Source: Adineta ricciae (lineage: Eukaryota). From it: a stretch of DNA of 49,521 nt. The stretch covers positions 14,138 to 63,658 of the forward strand of contig CAJNOJ010000414.1 of the NCBI GenBank assembly GCA_905250025.1. Reading direction: 5' to 3'. The translations under genes were made by a program, and so were the position numbers. Shown in pieces: positions 1 through 12,954 of the stretch. How positions within the stretch are numbered: position 1 is the first letter of the stretch; the number at the start of each line of letters is the position of its first letter. The notes beneath the pieces were generated by a model, which saw only the letters and a list, made by a program, of their open reading frames with translations, had not been told where the DNA came from and did no database searches.

Positions 1-511
1 AACAACGGCAAATAGAAGTGTACATGATATACTTCAGAATACCAAATCACCAACTGAGTAAGTTCTTTGCGTGAAAATTGAAGAATAAACAAAGGACACT
101 TTCTCGTTTTCTAGTGGTTTGCCACCAACAACTTATACCTATGCTCACAGGTTTGTATTCAGTTTTAATTAATACGTTGATAATAATGCGTCGTTCGTCT
201 TTCTTCTGTGTCAGTGATCATTATGTTTCGGAGATATACGTATAGATTATAGTTGAGCATTAATCTCTAGTTTGTGTGATGAACTCGATTTCGACGTGAT
301 TGATGATCTCTTCATGAGCCGAATCTGATAGAGTACTGACAGTTCAGATCGAAGCAGATCGGTCTTGATAGACAATACACTCTGCGTTCGTCGTCCTAAT
401 TGATTTCATAATAAACAGGTGATAACATCAATGAGGGTGAACAAATGTACTGAGAGTAACATGAAATTTTGATGTAACGTCGAATTTTTTCGTTCATTTA
501 GTGTATCTTAT

Positions 512-2482
512 ATGCCCGTGACGCAAAATGGCTCATATGATGTTCCCGTTATGGCTCGTCGTGATTTACATGGTGATTATCCTGCCTATGGATCGCGAAG
601 TTTTTCTTCAGCATCGTCAGCAATTTCGTCGCCGGGAAGATTTATTTCAAATGTACGATCTCAATTAGTGAATAGTTACTCTGCTATCCGCGATCGGTTA
701 ACACATCATAGCAGTCAGGATCAAGCAGCACCGATCTTGAATTCTCCATCGTCGTTTGGTGGTTCACGATATACACGTTCATCGTCGCAATCATCAACGA
801 ATGCCCAATCGGGAAACTATAATCTTCGCCGTCGTGGTACTCCTGTTCACTCAACACCTCGTGATGTCGATAGTGAAGAACGTAAAATAACGAGTAAACA
901 ACGAAAAGAAAGAAAAAGTCAAGATAGCCAGCATGATTACGAGGAAATTAATGAAGATTATGGTGGAAAACATGAAAAAGAAGTGAAGGAACAAGAAGAT
1001 CAAGATAATATTGTTGTTCGTTTAATCAAAAGAATTATTCGTTTACCATTTGATATTCTGAGTTTTGTCTGGCATAAATTCTTCAGTTTACCATGGTGGA
1101 TACTTCTTCCGCTTCTACTCTTTCTTGGTTTTTATGCTTGTAAGTCAATAATTTCGTTGATTTCCATTCGTTTTGTTTACTTCAATTCTTTCTAGTTCCT
1201 CATCTGGCTTGCAAGCCATTTGAACATTATCCGGAATCAAAACTATATCAAGGTTGTCGAAGATTTCAAGAATACGCCGATAATGTCACCCGTCAGTCAG
1301 TTCACTTTGTCGAAGATCAAACGTACAATCGTGGCGGTCGTGTATTACAAACGATTTTGACGACGACGAAGAATGCCAAAAATACAGTTCTGAACAAATT
1401 CGACGATGTGTATTATGGTGTGAAGAAATTTTTTCATCGAAAAGTTGACAATGTCAAAGAAACTGTTGGTGAAGCAGTTGAAACAACCACAGACAGTGCT
1501 AAGCAATATTGTGAGGCTGGTTTACAGAAAGTCAACAACTTAATCGAAGAATTCAAACGTGAAAAAGAAAAATATCTTGGCTCCGGTCACGCTTTGAAAC
1601 CTGCTCAAGAAAGAGAATTAGAAGCTGTAAGTTGAAATTATTGTGGAAGGAGTGTTTGAAAAAGTGTCTCTTTAGTTAATTCGATTGTTGCTCGACGAAT
1701 ATGCAGCCGATGAAACTGGTCAAGCTGATTATGCACTCGAAGCAAACGGTGAGTGATTGAGATCGATAAAATATCACACGCAGTGGATTTGTTTAGGAGG
1801 AAAAATTGTCGATACCAGATGTACTGAGTATACCGAAGAACCGCGTCAAAATGTTGTGAAATTCCTCGGTATTCCAATTATACATATGTCAAAGCAGCCA
1901 AATATTTTGATCAAAGTTTGTGCTTTTCTCTCGAAGAAATTGTTGAACTCTCTACGATGTGCCTTTTATTTAGTCGGGTCGTATGCCTGGTCAGTGTTTT
2001 CCCTTCAAGGGTGATCATGGTAGTGTAGTAATCAAGTTAGCAGTGCCCGTGAAACCAAAAGAATTCGTCCTTGAACATTTAACAAAAAGTATTTCTATCG
2101 TTGGACATATCAATAGTGCACCAAATAACTTTACTGTTTATGTAAGTTCATGTTTAAGGCGAAAGATTCGGTATTATGAAATTGTATTTTCTAGGCATTG
2201 AAAGACAAAAGTGATAAAGAAGGTATAGTTCTCGGTCGATATTTTTACGATGCTGAAAATGGTCCATCACTTCAACGATTTAAACCTCAAGTAAGTTTCG
2301 AGTTAGTCATGTAGTCTTCAATCACGATATGCTTCTTTCAGCTTGTCAATGTTCCAGTTGTGGAGTTTATCGAAGTCCGAATTACATCGAATTGGGGTAA
2401 TCCTAATTATACCTGTCTATACCGGTTTCGTGTTCATGGCGATTTACAATCGATACAACCATCAGCACCACCTGCTGCCTAA
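512..2482 (+). CDS. SUN (Sad1/UNC-84) domain inner nuclear membrane protein; multi-exon gene span (about 7 exons).
   Basis: Exon 1 (512-1139) encodes a Ser-rich N-terminus followed by a hydrophobic TM segment (WWILLPLLLFLGFY). The downstream exons, joined by GT..AG introns of 45-60 bp, encode a canonical SUN domain (DYALEANGGKIV...CTEY...FLGIP...DHGSVVIKLA...SAPNNFTVY...GRYFYDAENGPSLQRF...SNWGNPNYTCLYRFRVHG). The stop codon is at 2480-2482. Confidence 0.8.
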
Positions 2483-3275
2483 ATTGCATTATTGTTTTTC
2501 TCGTCATTTCCTAAAAATGATCTTAAACATTCGACTCGGACCATTGTCACGGTCATTCATATTGAATAGCGTGTCTTGAGAAGAGTTCTTTTTGTCTTCT
2601 TTTGTTTGTTTCTAAACTCGCCTAGATTGTGTCTTTAGAAAGTATATTATAAAGATCTTTATGAAATATCAATTTAGACATTCTTCTTTTCCCCCACTTT
2701 TTTTGTTTATATGTACGTCTGTATGTGTGTGTGTATTCATTTGGTTCAATCTCGCTTCTTCTGCTTGTTCTTTTTGTGTAATTGGCGGTGTGATTCTTTC
2801 CTTTTTCGCTAGGTAACATTGTCGAAAATAAAAATCTAGACATTTCTGCAAATAACAAAAGTAAACGTCACCGCTTATATGGCAATCAAAACAAAATGAC
2901 CCCATTTTAGGTAGATTTGTGAAAATAGGTCAAATACTTGAACTGCACAGTTTAGTTGAAACATGAATAAGTGTGAGTTGTTTTTTAAGTATGAATCATC
3001 ATCGATAATATGTCGACATTTCTTTCTTTCACCATCGGCGTTGGTACGAGGCAATGCAACGTCATTGCACAACGCTATTGCAAATAGACACGGAGAGAGA
3101 AATATAGATTTTTTTCTCTGGTTTTTTTCAGTGGGGCAAACTTGCACAATCCTTTGAAACAAAGTATTTACCATCTCTCATGTAATATCTCGTTCACCAC
3201 TCGTTTTTCTTCACTTTTTATAAGTAGGCATTCATTTCACACAAATTCTGTCTAGATCGTTGTTGATAATACACC

Positions 3276-6200
3276 ATGAATCCTTCTACTACAACTACAG
3301 CTGGCAAAAGCAATACCGGTCCGGTATATCGTATACCACCGTATCATTATATTCATGTGCTCGATCAAAATACTAATGTGACACGTCTTGAAATTGGCCC
3401 AAAAACATTTATCAAACAAGATAATGAAACCGTTACCATTGGACCAGAAAAGATGATTACCGTGCCGTACGTGAATCTTTGTTTTCTCGATAATAAACGA
3501 CAGAAAAAGTTCATATTCGAAATTTCTTGTTTAGACCACGTCATTACTGCGTTGTCGAATCACCAGTAGTACGTAACGAGGCCGGCGAAGTTGAATTCGA
3601 TAAAAATGGTCAAGCGAAATTGATTCATGCTGATTTGGATATTCGTCTTGCAAGTGCAGACCAAGCACCCTTTCCACTCTACCCAGGAGAAGTCCTCCGT
3701 CAGGTATAGAGAAGAATTAACACCGTTGTCAAAATACGCATGACTATACCTTTTTTTGATCTATTTTGTAGCCGGTAACTCCTTTGAAAGTAGTACCAGC
3801 CAATTCAGCATTACGTTTGAAAGCTGTTCTTGATTTCGATGATGAAACAACTAAAGAACAACGTAAAGCCGGTGACGAATGGTTATTCGAAGGACCAGCC
3901 ACTTATATCCCACGAAAGGAAGTTAGTGTGGAAGAACAAATTCGTGCTACTGTCATCGGTTCCAATCAAGCCATTCGACTCTGTGCTAAAAAAGAAATCA
4001 CCGATCGAAATGGCCAACGACGTGTTACCGGTGAAGAATGGTTAGTAAAAAAGACTGGTGCTTACCTACCATTAGCATATGTAAGTTTATCTCAGAGTGC
4101 TACCTCTTACGAAGTTTACGTATCGTTTTAAATTCTTTCAGGAAACCGTTGTTTCAGTCGAGAATGCCTATGTTTTAACCGATAAGAAAGCTCTACATAT
4201 TCGTGCATTGAAAACTTTTACTGATGATTTCGGTAAAGAACGCATGAATGGTGAAGAATGGCTTGTTACACATACAGATACAGAAACACATATTCTCAGT
4301 GTCTATGAGCAATTAGTTGCTGTCGTTGATGTTATCACTCTGAATTCACGTCAATACTGCGTCATTCTCGATCCTGTTGCCGATGGCAAGCCACAATTGG
4401 GAAGAAAGGTATGCGCGCTGCATCAAATCTCCGACAGTGATGATGAAATGTATTATTTTTCTTTTAGAAACTTGTTGTTGGTGAAAAATCCTTCTTTCTT
4501 CAACCCGGCGAAAAACTTGAAAATGGTATTCAAGATGTTTACATCTTAGGCGAAGACGAAGGTGTCATTCTCAAATGTATTGAAACATTCGAAGATCAAC
4601 AAGCTGGTACAACACGAAATCCTGGTGACCGATGGATGATTCGTGGTCCAACGTAAGAGATTTCTCTATCCAAAATATAGAAATCTATCCTAGTTTTTCG
4701 TTATTCTAGTGAATATATTCCTCCCACACAAGTCGAAGTGCTCACCCGCCGCAAGGCACTTCCATTAGATGAAAACGAAGGTATCTATGTTCGTGATATC
4801 AAAACTGGCCGTGTCCGAGCCGTTGTCGGTGAAACTTATATGCTCACACAAGACGAAGAACTTTGGCAAAAAGAATTACCAAAACAAGTCGAAGACTTAT
4901 TATCACGTGACCCATTAGCTGAGCGCAATGTTCCAACGCGTAATCAAGGATCAGATAAATCTCAACAGCAAGGCACTACCACTCAAGCATCGGGTGCAAA
5001 GACAACCAAACGTGATAAATCCAAACTAGTCACTTACCGTGTGCCACATAACGCCTGTGTCCAAATCTATGATTATAAAGCGAAGAAAGCACGTATTGTT
5101 TTCGGTCCTGAACTCGTTATGCTCGGCCCTGATGAACAATTTACATTACTTTCATTAAGTGGTACTGTACCGAAAAAAGCCAATCAAATTCAAACATTAT
5201 GTTTACTTCTTGGTCCTGACTTCTTTACTGATGTCATTGTGATTGAAACAGCTGATCATGCTCGTCTTTCCCTTCAACTTTCCTACAGTAAGTCTTCGCG
5301 ATTGAAACATATTTGAACCCTTCTCATGTTCTTTTTCTCCATTTCTCTAGATTGGCACTTCGCTGTTCACGATAGAAATGATGAAAAAGAAGCGGCTAAA
5401 CTTTTCTCAGTTCCTGACTTTGTCGGTGATGCAGCTAAAGCAATCGCTTCACGTGTTCGTGGCATTGTTGCTGGTACACAGTTCGATGATTTCCACAAGA
5501 GTTCAGCAGAAATCATCCGTGCCGCAGTTTTTGGTCTTGATGCTGATAAACGCGTTCGCGATCAATTTGTTTTCCCTCAAAATAATCTCGTTATCACATC
5601 CATCGATATTCAAAGTGTCGAACCTGTTGATCAACGAACACGTGATGCACTTCAGAAGAGTGTCCAATTGGCTATCGAAGTATGTTGCGAAACAGAAGAT
5701 TGAATTGTAGTTTGTAAATGATGATGATGTTATCGTTTAGATCACAACCAATTCACAAGAAGCTGCCGCTAAACATGAGGCTTCACGACGTGAACAAGAA
5801 GCCAAAGGTTTATTAGAACGACAACGTATTAAAGACGAAGCTGAAGCTGAAGAAGTTCGTAAACAACTTCTCGAATTACAAGCACAATCAGCTGCTGTCG
5901 AATCAACTGGTCAAGCTAAAGCTGAAGCTCAAAGTCGAGCAGAATCCGCCAAAATCGAAGGAGAAGCTGCCGTCGAACAAGGTAGAGAAAGATTTTTTGA
6001 CCTCTTCTCATTGCTAATTTCTTCTGTTGAATAGCTCGTCTCAAAGCTGAAGCTACTCGTATCGAAGCCGAGGCTGAATTATCACGCTTGAAATTAGCTC
6101 GTGAAGCTGAGATCAAATTTGTTCATGATCAAAATGAATTAGAAATTAGTAAAAAAGCTGAAATGTCACGCATTGAAACAGAAAAATTCAAATTACAAGT

Positions 6201-6435
6201 CGAATCCATTGGATCGTCCACCATTCAAGCCATTGCTACCTCTGGCCCAGATACTCAAGTCAAACTTCTTCAAGCACTCGGTCTTCAATCAATGCTTGTC
6301 ACCGATGGTCATACACCGATCAATCTTATGGGATTTGGCCAAGGTCTTCTGGGTGGTTTAACCGCAAACACCAGCCGAAATGCTGGAGCATCCCGAAACA
6401 CTTCAAATGGATATCAAGTCGTCGAAAACGAATAA
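3276..6435 (+). CDS. MVP: Major vault protein, paralog 1; multi-exon gene span.
   Basis: The translated exons match MVP along the whole length. They include [27 protein letters not shown], the repeat region with [18 protein letters not shown] and NGEEWLV motifs, the shoulder region ([26 protein letters not shown]), [27 protein letters not shown], the cap-helix region ([18 protein letters not shown]) and the C-terminus [40 protein letters not shown]. Short GT..AG introns separate the exons. Confidence 0.9.
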
Positions 6436-7217
6436 ACCGGTGGGATATTGAGAACTTCGTGCACTTGTCTTCATGTTATTTTATAATAAAACTTTTAGTT
6501 TGATTATTTTCTCCTTTCAAGTTTATGTATGAATAATAAATCTGACAACAAAAACTAAACACATTCTTTCGCTAACGTATTGTTTCTCGATTGTTGCTAA
6601 CATTGTTCAATCATTTTCGCGAAGACATAATAGAGAAGGTTTCCCAGGTACTACGAAAAAGTAGGAGGAGCTCGCACACCTTATCCATATTCTCACATCG
6701 TGGACTTTGTAAAGGTGAGAATGAGGTCATTTGACGAGGGTTCGAAGTTGAGAATGAATCATAGTGCAAAAAGCGAATTTACTAAACTTCGACGAAGAAA
6801 TTAGTTTGCGCAGTTTTTTTTCTATAGAAAGACATAACCTAATAGTGTTGTTCCTTGCTATGCACGGCAGAGATATAGGAACTATAGACACAAACACTTG
6901 ACGTCTGAACCTTTTGCGTTTTTTCAACGTATAAGCCTTCAGATATAAATATTTTTTCTTTACACATCAGTCACCAAATCTCACGGTTAATCAACCGACT
7001 TCGGATCGATCTTCTATTGTCGTTCTGAACACTTTAGTAAAAATATGAAATTTAACGTATGTATATATATAGTATTTATTTCTTAAATGATGCTTGAAAA
7101 CAAAATTTTCTATAGGTTACACAAAAAGGTAAGAACTGTCACAATGAACTGTTGGATTTTGTTTTTGAAAAATCTGACGGCACTCATATGGGTTTTAGTT
7201 GTTTCCATGAGTGCTGA

Positions 7218-10200
7218 TTATTGTTGCACAGCTGGTGTTCCAACTAAATCAACAGCTGTGTTGAAAAGATTGATTGGACTACGTCCATCAGTGATCAAAG
7301 TTGATTTGATACCAAGTGCTTGAAGAAGTTTGACCTAAAAACAAAGGTTTTCATAAAAAAGATCAATTTGAACTCCAAAAAGCAAAGTCGTACTTGATTA
7401 TCAGGTCCGCTTGTTGCGATTGCTTGTATGGTCTTAGGTCCAATAGCAGAAACATGTTGTTTGAATTCTTCAGTTTCGATATCAGCTAATCGTTTGGCTT
7501 TTTCAATTTCAAGATCAGAAACTAATTTCGAATAGCTCAATTCCAATTCACGAGCTTGAGTTAATCGATAAAGTTCGATGTCAGCTTCGATCTTAGCTGC
7601 TTGGGCACGAAGTGTGGCTATAAAAAAGGAAATTATGTTGTTTAATAATTATTTAACAAAAGAATGTTATCATATTACCTTGTTCAACTGCTGCTTCACC
7701 CTCGATTTTAGCAGCTTCAGCTCGTGATTGTGCTTCAGCACGCGACTGACCAGTTGATTCAACAGCAGCTGATAGTGCTTGGAGTTGCAATAGTTTTCGT
7801 CGAGCCTTTTCAGCTGAAAAAGAAAGCAATAGATGTTTTCCCGTTCCTATTTTTAATCAGGTTCAATTTTACCTTCAGCTTCATCGGTAATCTTTTGTCG
7901 TTCCAAATGACCTTTGGCTTCTTGTTCAGTTCGAGAGGCCATATGTTTAGCTTGAGCCTCTTGTGAATTGGTTGTGATCTAAACGATAACATCATCATCA
8001 TTTACAAACTACAATTCAATCTTCTGTTTCGCAACATACTTCGATAGCCAATTGGACACTCTTTTGAAGTGCATCACGTGTTCGTTGATCAACAGGTTCG
8101 ACACTTTGAATATCAATTGAAGTTAAAACCAAGTTATTTTGTGGGAATAGTAATCGGTTGTTGACTCGTTTGTTTTCATCAAGACCAAATACTGATGTAC
8201 GAATGATTTTAGCTGAGTTCTTATGAAAATCATCGAATGGGATGGCGGCAACGGCACCACGGATCTTTGCAGCAACAGCTTTGCAGAAATCTCCGATGAA
8301 GTCAGGGACTGAAAAGAGTTTAGCAACTTCTTTCGAGTCATTACGATCAATAACCTACAAGTAAACAAAACCGTCAATGAAATCTAGTTTACTGGAATAT
8401 ATTCTTCTTACTTCGAAGTGCCAGTTATAAGAGAGTCGAAGAGAGAGACGAGCATGATCACTTGATTCAATGGTAACAATATCACTGGAAAATTCTGGGC
8501 CCAAAAGCAGACAGATAGCACGGATTTTGTTGGGTAATTTGGGTTTTTCACCAGAAAGATTCAAAACGGTGAATTGTTCATCGGGACCAAGCATAACGAG
8601 TTCAGGACCAAAAACAATACGCGCCTTCTTTAATTTATAATCGTAGATTTGTACACATGCATTGTGTGGCACACGGTAGACAACAACTTTGGATTTATCA
8701 CGTGGTGGAACAGTTGTAGGAAGTCCTGCTTTATCTTCAAAGTATCGTGGATCTAATGTGATCAATTGTTCAACTTGTGCTGGTAAATCTTTTTCCCAAA
8801 GTTCTTCATTTTCAGTCAATAAATATGTACTGCCGATGACCGATCGAATTTTACCAGTTTTAACGTCACGAACGTAGATTCCTTCGTTGACATCCAATGG
8901 GATTGCTTTACGACGAAGAGCAACTTCAGATTCAACAGCTGGAATATAATCTTTAGGACCACGTACCATCCAACGATCACCAGGATTTCGAGCGATTTTC
9001 TATAAAACATCAAACAGTTTATTATGTATTGATCGATGGTCACAAGCTTACCCCATCTTCTTTGAATGATTCTGTGCAACGTAGGATAAGACCTTCATCT
9101 TCTTCAAGAACGTAGACATCTTGAATACCTTTAGCTAATTTTTCACCGGGTTGTAGGAAGAAGGTTTTTTCGCCCTATAAAAGATATTTAGATATATTTC
9201 TCTGTTTACAAGCTGGAACACGTCATACTTTAACGAGTTTTTTCTTTCCAAGTTGTGGTTTACCATCAGAACCAACTGGGTCAAGAATGACACAATATTG
9301 ACGAGAGTTCAACACGGTTACAGATACAACACCAACAACCTATTAAATTCAAATTCGTATTATTTTCCAAAACAATGCTGTACGATCTACCTCTTCATAT
9401 ACGTCGGGAATGTAAGTTTCAGCATCGCTAGCATAGATTAACCATTCTTCACCATGAAGACGTTTATGTTTGAATGCATCTGTAAATGTGCGCAGTGCAC
9501 GGACATGAAGTGCTTTCTACAAAACAAAGCCAAATATTCGTCGTGTGTTCTGGATCGAATCGTAATAGTAAATACATACTTTATCGGTAAGTACATAGGC
9601 TTTGACTGTTGAGACAACTTCTTCATAGGCTAATGGTAGGTAGGATCCGACTGTTCGGTTCAACCATTCTTCACCTGTTTCGCGTTCAATGCCATCGCGA
9701 TCTGTCATTTCTTTTTTAGCACGTAAACGAACGGCTTCACCTGGTTTCAAGATGACTGCTTTGATTTGTTCTTCAACACTAACCTCCTTACGAGGAAGAT
9801 AGGTACCTATAAGAAAGGGAAAGAATGACTGACTGACACGAGATGGGTCTTTTTCAAATCGTACCAGGTCCTTGAAAGAGAAATTCGTCTCCAGCTCGAA
9901 TCTGTTTATCGTTTTCATCAACAAAATCCAAGACGGCACGAAGACGTAATGCACAATTAGGCTCAATGACTTTTAATGGTGTGACTGCTTGTTTGAGAAC
10001 TTCTCCTGGATAGAGAGGAAATGGTTCTTGGGCGAAACGAATGTCAACATCTGAGTGAAGCAATTTCACTTGACCATTCGAATCTGTAACAACTTTGCCA
10101 TCTTTGTCTCGAATGGCTGGATTCTCCACTACACAATAGTGACGTGGTCTAAACAGGAAAATACGAAAGAAACAAGATGACTATTTTCGATCATATTGAA

Positions 10201-10439
10201 TGCGAACATACGGAATGATCAACATGCGTTCAGGTCCGAGAATGACCTTCTCATGATCTTGCTTGACGAAGGTTTTTGGACCAACTTCAAGTCGAGTGAC
10301 GTTGGTATTTTGATCAAGTACATGTAAATAGTAGAAAGGAGGAATTCGATAGACTAAAGTAGCAAAGAACACATATAGAGTTTCGTATTGTATACATCCG
10401 ATGACTGGTCTTACCACCGCTAACTTTTGAATCGGCCAT
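7218..10439 (-). CDS. MVP: Major vault protein, paralog 2, convergent with paralog 1; multi-exon gene span.
   Basis: On the minus strand the exons read MADSKVSG / [29 protein letters not shown] ... [12 protein letters not shown] ... [19 protein letters not shown] ... [44 protein letters not shown] ... [29 protein letters not shown] ... [17 protein letters not shown] / [38 protein letters not shown]-stop. By-eye identity to paralog 1 is roughly 65-75% in the aligned stretches. Confidence 0.88.
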
Positions 10440-11284
10440 AGTATGCTTCTTTCACTTTGCAACAGAAAAACGACAAGAATCTGCAAGAAAAATAACTCCT
10501 TTTATGTATGCGATTGTCCGTTTAGACAAAAAATAAGACATAGAAGGGTTAATTCAAAGAAGAAAAACATCTAGTTTTCACTCGATTGCGAAATGACATC
10601 AGCGGTAGTTGCCACCGAGCTTTGCAATACTTGTCGACAATAACCGTTGAATAAGGTTGATTCACGTTGTAAATAAGGACAGGAAAAGTAAAAGGGTTGT
10701 CGGAGAGTGAATGAGAGAAGAACAGGAAAAAAAACGGGGCCGAAATTTTATACAATATTACAATGAGATTGTGAAAAATCATGTTGCGTATCAGTCTATT
10801 ACTATTGTGAAAAAGACATATTACGTGGCAGTTTCCAGCGATTGCAAAAGATATTTCGTCAGAAATATTCCTCTCAGCAGTTATGATTAACACGACTTCA
10901 TTTTCTTTTGTTTACTCAGTCTGAGGTAAAACTTATATTTCATAGTTATTCACCATCGAGGCTTTGGTCTGCATTTTTTCCGTGACATCTGTAGATGTAG
11001 ACTGATCGTATGTCAGTTTGAAATTGTGATAATGATAGTTGAATAGAGAAAAGATTAGAGATTTTCCACTGTACGAATACTCTTATATTGGATGAAATCA
11101 ATAACAAATATTTTTCTTTAAACAAAAGCAAAGAACAACGTCTTATAAATAAATAAAAAGAAAATGTTAAGGCCATGATTGTATCTGCTGAAAGATTTGT
11201 CTACTTTTTATGTTTGTTTAAATAAAATTAAATCTGCGTCAGGGTAAATATCACAAATATTGAGACTAAACTTTGTGGATTGTT

Positions 11285-12510
11285 TTAAATATCTCTCCAT
11301 GTTATGACTGGACCATTATTATTAGCCGAAGTAGCCGAATTTCCCGCTTTCTTCTCGATGTCTCGTGCTTCGTTGTACAATATCACCCCAAAGATAACTG
11401 TTAATGTACCAAAACCGCTAAGAAATGTAACTGGATTGTGAAAAATCAATACTGATAACCAAATTAACAATGCTCGTTTAACCGTATTAGCCACGCTAAA
11501 AGAGAATCATATGAATCAACATCAAATTTTAGACCTTGATACGTTACCTATGTGTTATGGGTGAAATATAGGCCATGACAGAATAAGCAGCGACCGATTG
11601 AATATGATATGAAATTCCATTGAAGATGTATAAAAGAAAAAGTGTTAGAGAAGTCGAACGTATCGCTGACAAAACAGGAACATTATAAAACAGTAGAGGC
11701 ATCTGAAAAACGGATGCGACCAAACTTGCCCAAAACTGTAATTCAACAGCTGTATAACGATAGCGTTCGCCACTTATTAGCACTTTTGAATAGACGTTTT
11801 GTAAACTAAAAGGAGAAGGACTATTTTCTCTTTATCGGAAATCTATCTTTTCGTTTTACCATTCGAAGATGTTTGTTCCCAGGGCGCACAGAAAGCCAAA
11901 TATATTGAAACTCAATTCAAATGAACTACACAGGCCAAGACCAATTGTGATTGGCACCATGGAGAATTTTGTCCAAATGCCCGTTTTTTCTCCTAACATC
12001 ATCCGACTAATAATCACAGTGAACAAAGGCGAAGACGATTTGATAGTTGCCACAAATGAAACAGCAATGTGTTTAAGTGCAATTAAGCCAAGGATAACTG
12101 TAACACAACGAAATGCGCCGATAAAAAACATATCTTGAAAGATTGCCCTAGCAGTCGATGGATTCTTATGGATTTGTGTCGAGATTCTATTCATAATTTG
12201 CATTTGAACATAGCCTGTTATCACGGATAGAAGAAGTTGATTCATTCCTGAACGAATCGAACAAAACAAATAAAGTTGGTTCAAATGAACAAAATTTTTA
12301 TGGAATACCTAATGAAAATGCATCGCCATTATAAGTACTTAGGATATATTTATTTGAGAACAGTGTTGCGGCAGATGAAACATACCAAATAACTAACGAT
12401 GCAATTGCCATGGAGTTATGTAGACCTTGTGGCACTTCCATAAGAAGTCGTTCGGGCGACAGTAAAACATTGGGTGTTTCCGACACAACTCCGGTTAAAC
12501 TCATGATCAA
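11285..12510 (-). CDS. SLC35/TPT-family membrane transporter (nucleotide-sugar or triose-phosphate transporter-like); about 4 exons.
   Basis: Four consecutive minus-strand exons encode a polytopic membrane protein. Its N-terminal motif ([17 protein letters not shown]) and multiple hydrophobic helices are typical of SLC35E-like transporters. The family call rests on motif resemblance only. Confidence 0.6.
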
Positions 12511-12954
12511 ATTTCAGAAAATTTTCATTAGTATTAGTGAGTCAAATGTGGACGGTAAGAGAACAAATCGTATGATCGATTGCGGAAGAAGACGACGAAT
12601 AGGACAGTATCCTATTGGTTGAAACAATTGATCAATCGTGTAAAATGTCAAAGATGGTGTTAAGAATGTTAAATGACTCAAATTTAGATTCTAATTGACC
12701 TCAACAAAATGCGATCACGAATAACAACTATTTTTCGTCAAAAACCGAAAGCATCCCTTTTTACCATTGGTTTGACTAGTAGTTTAGCTGCAGGTAGAAC
12801 CTTTTTATCTGTACATATGACCATGAAATGTAATACTGCCCCATTTCTTTTAAAGGTTATCTTTTCAACAAATACAGACCGGTGGTTTATGCTGACACAA
12901 CAAAAACTTCGTTCGTTATTGGTGAACGTAAACCATCTTTACCAACGTATAGCA

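Noticed and set aside
5378-5710. 110-aa ORF overlapping MVP paralog 1 in another frame; similar alternate-frame or antisense ORFs occur at 7087-7323, 7810-8001, 8123-8377, 8689-8877 and 8816-9079 within MVP paralog 2.
   Set aside because: All lie inside well-supported MVP exons and introns in the wrong frame or strand. They are AT-rich frame noise.
10549-10893. 114-aa minus ORF between the SLC35 3' end and the MVP2 start.
   Set aside because: It lies in the MVP2 5' flank/UTR and has no recognisable domain. A start inside the promoter region of MVP2 is implausible.
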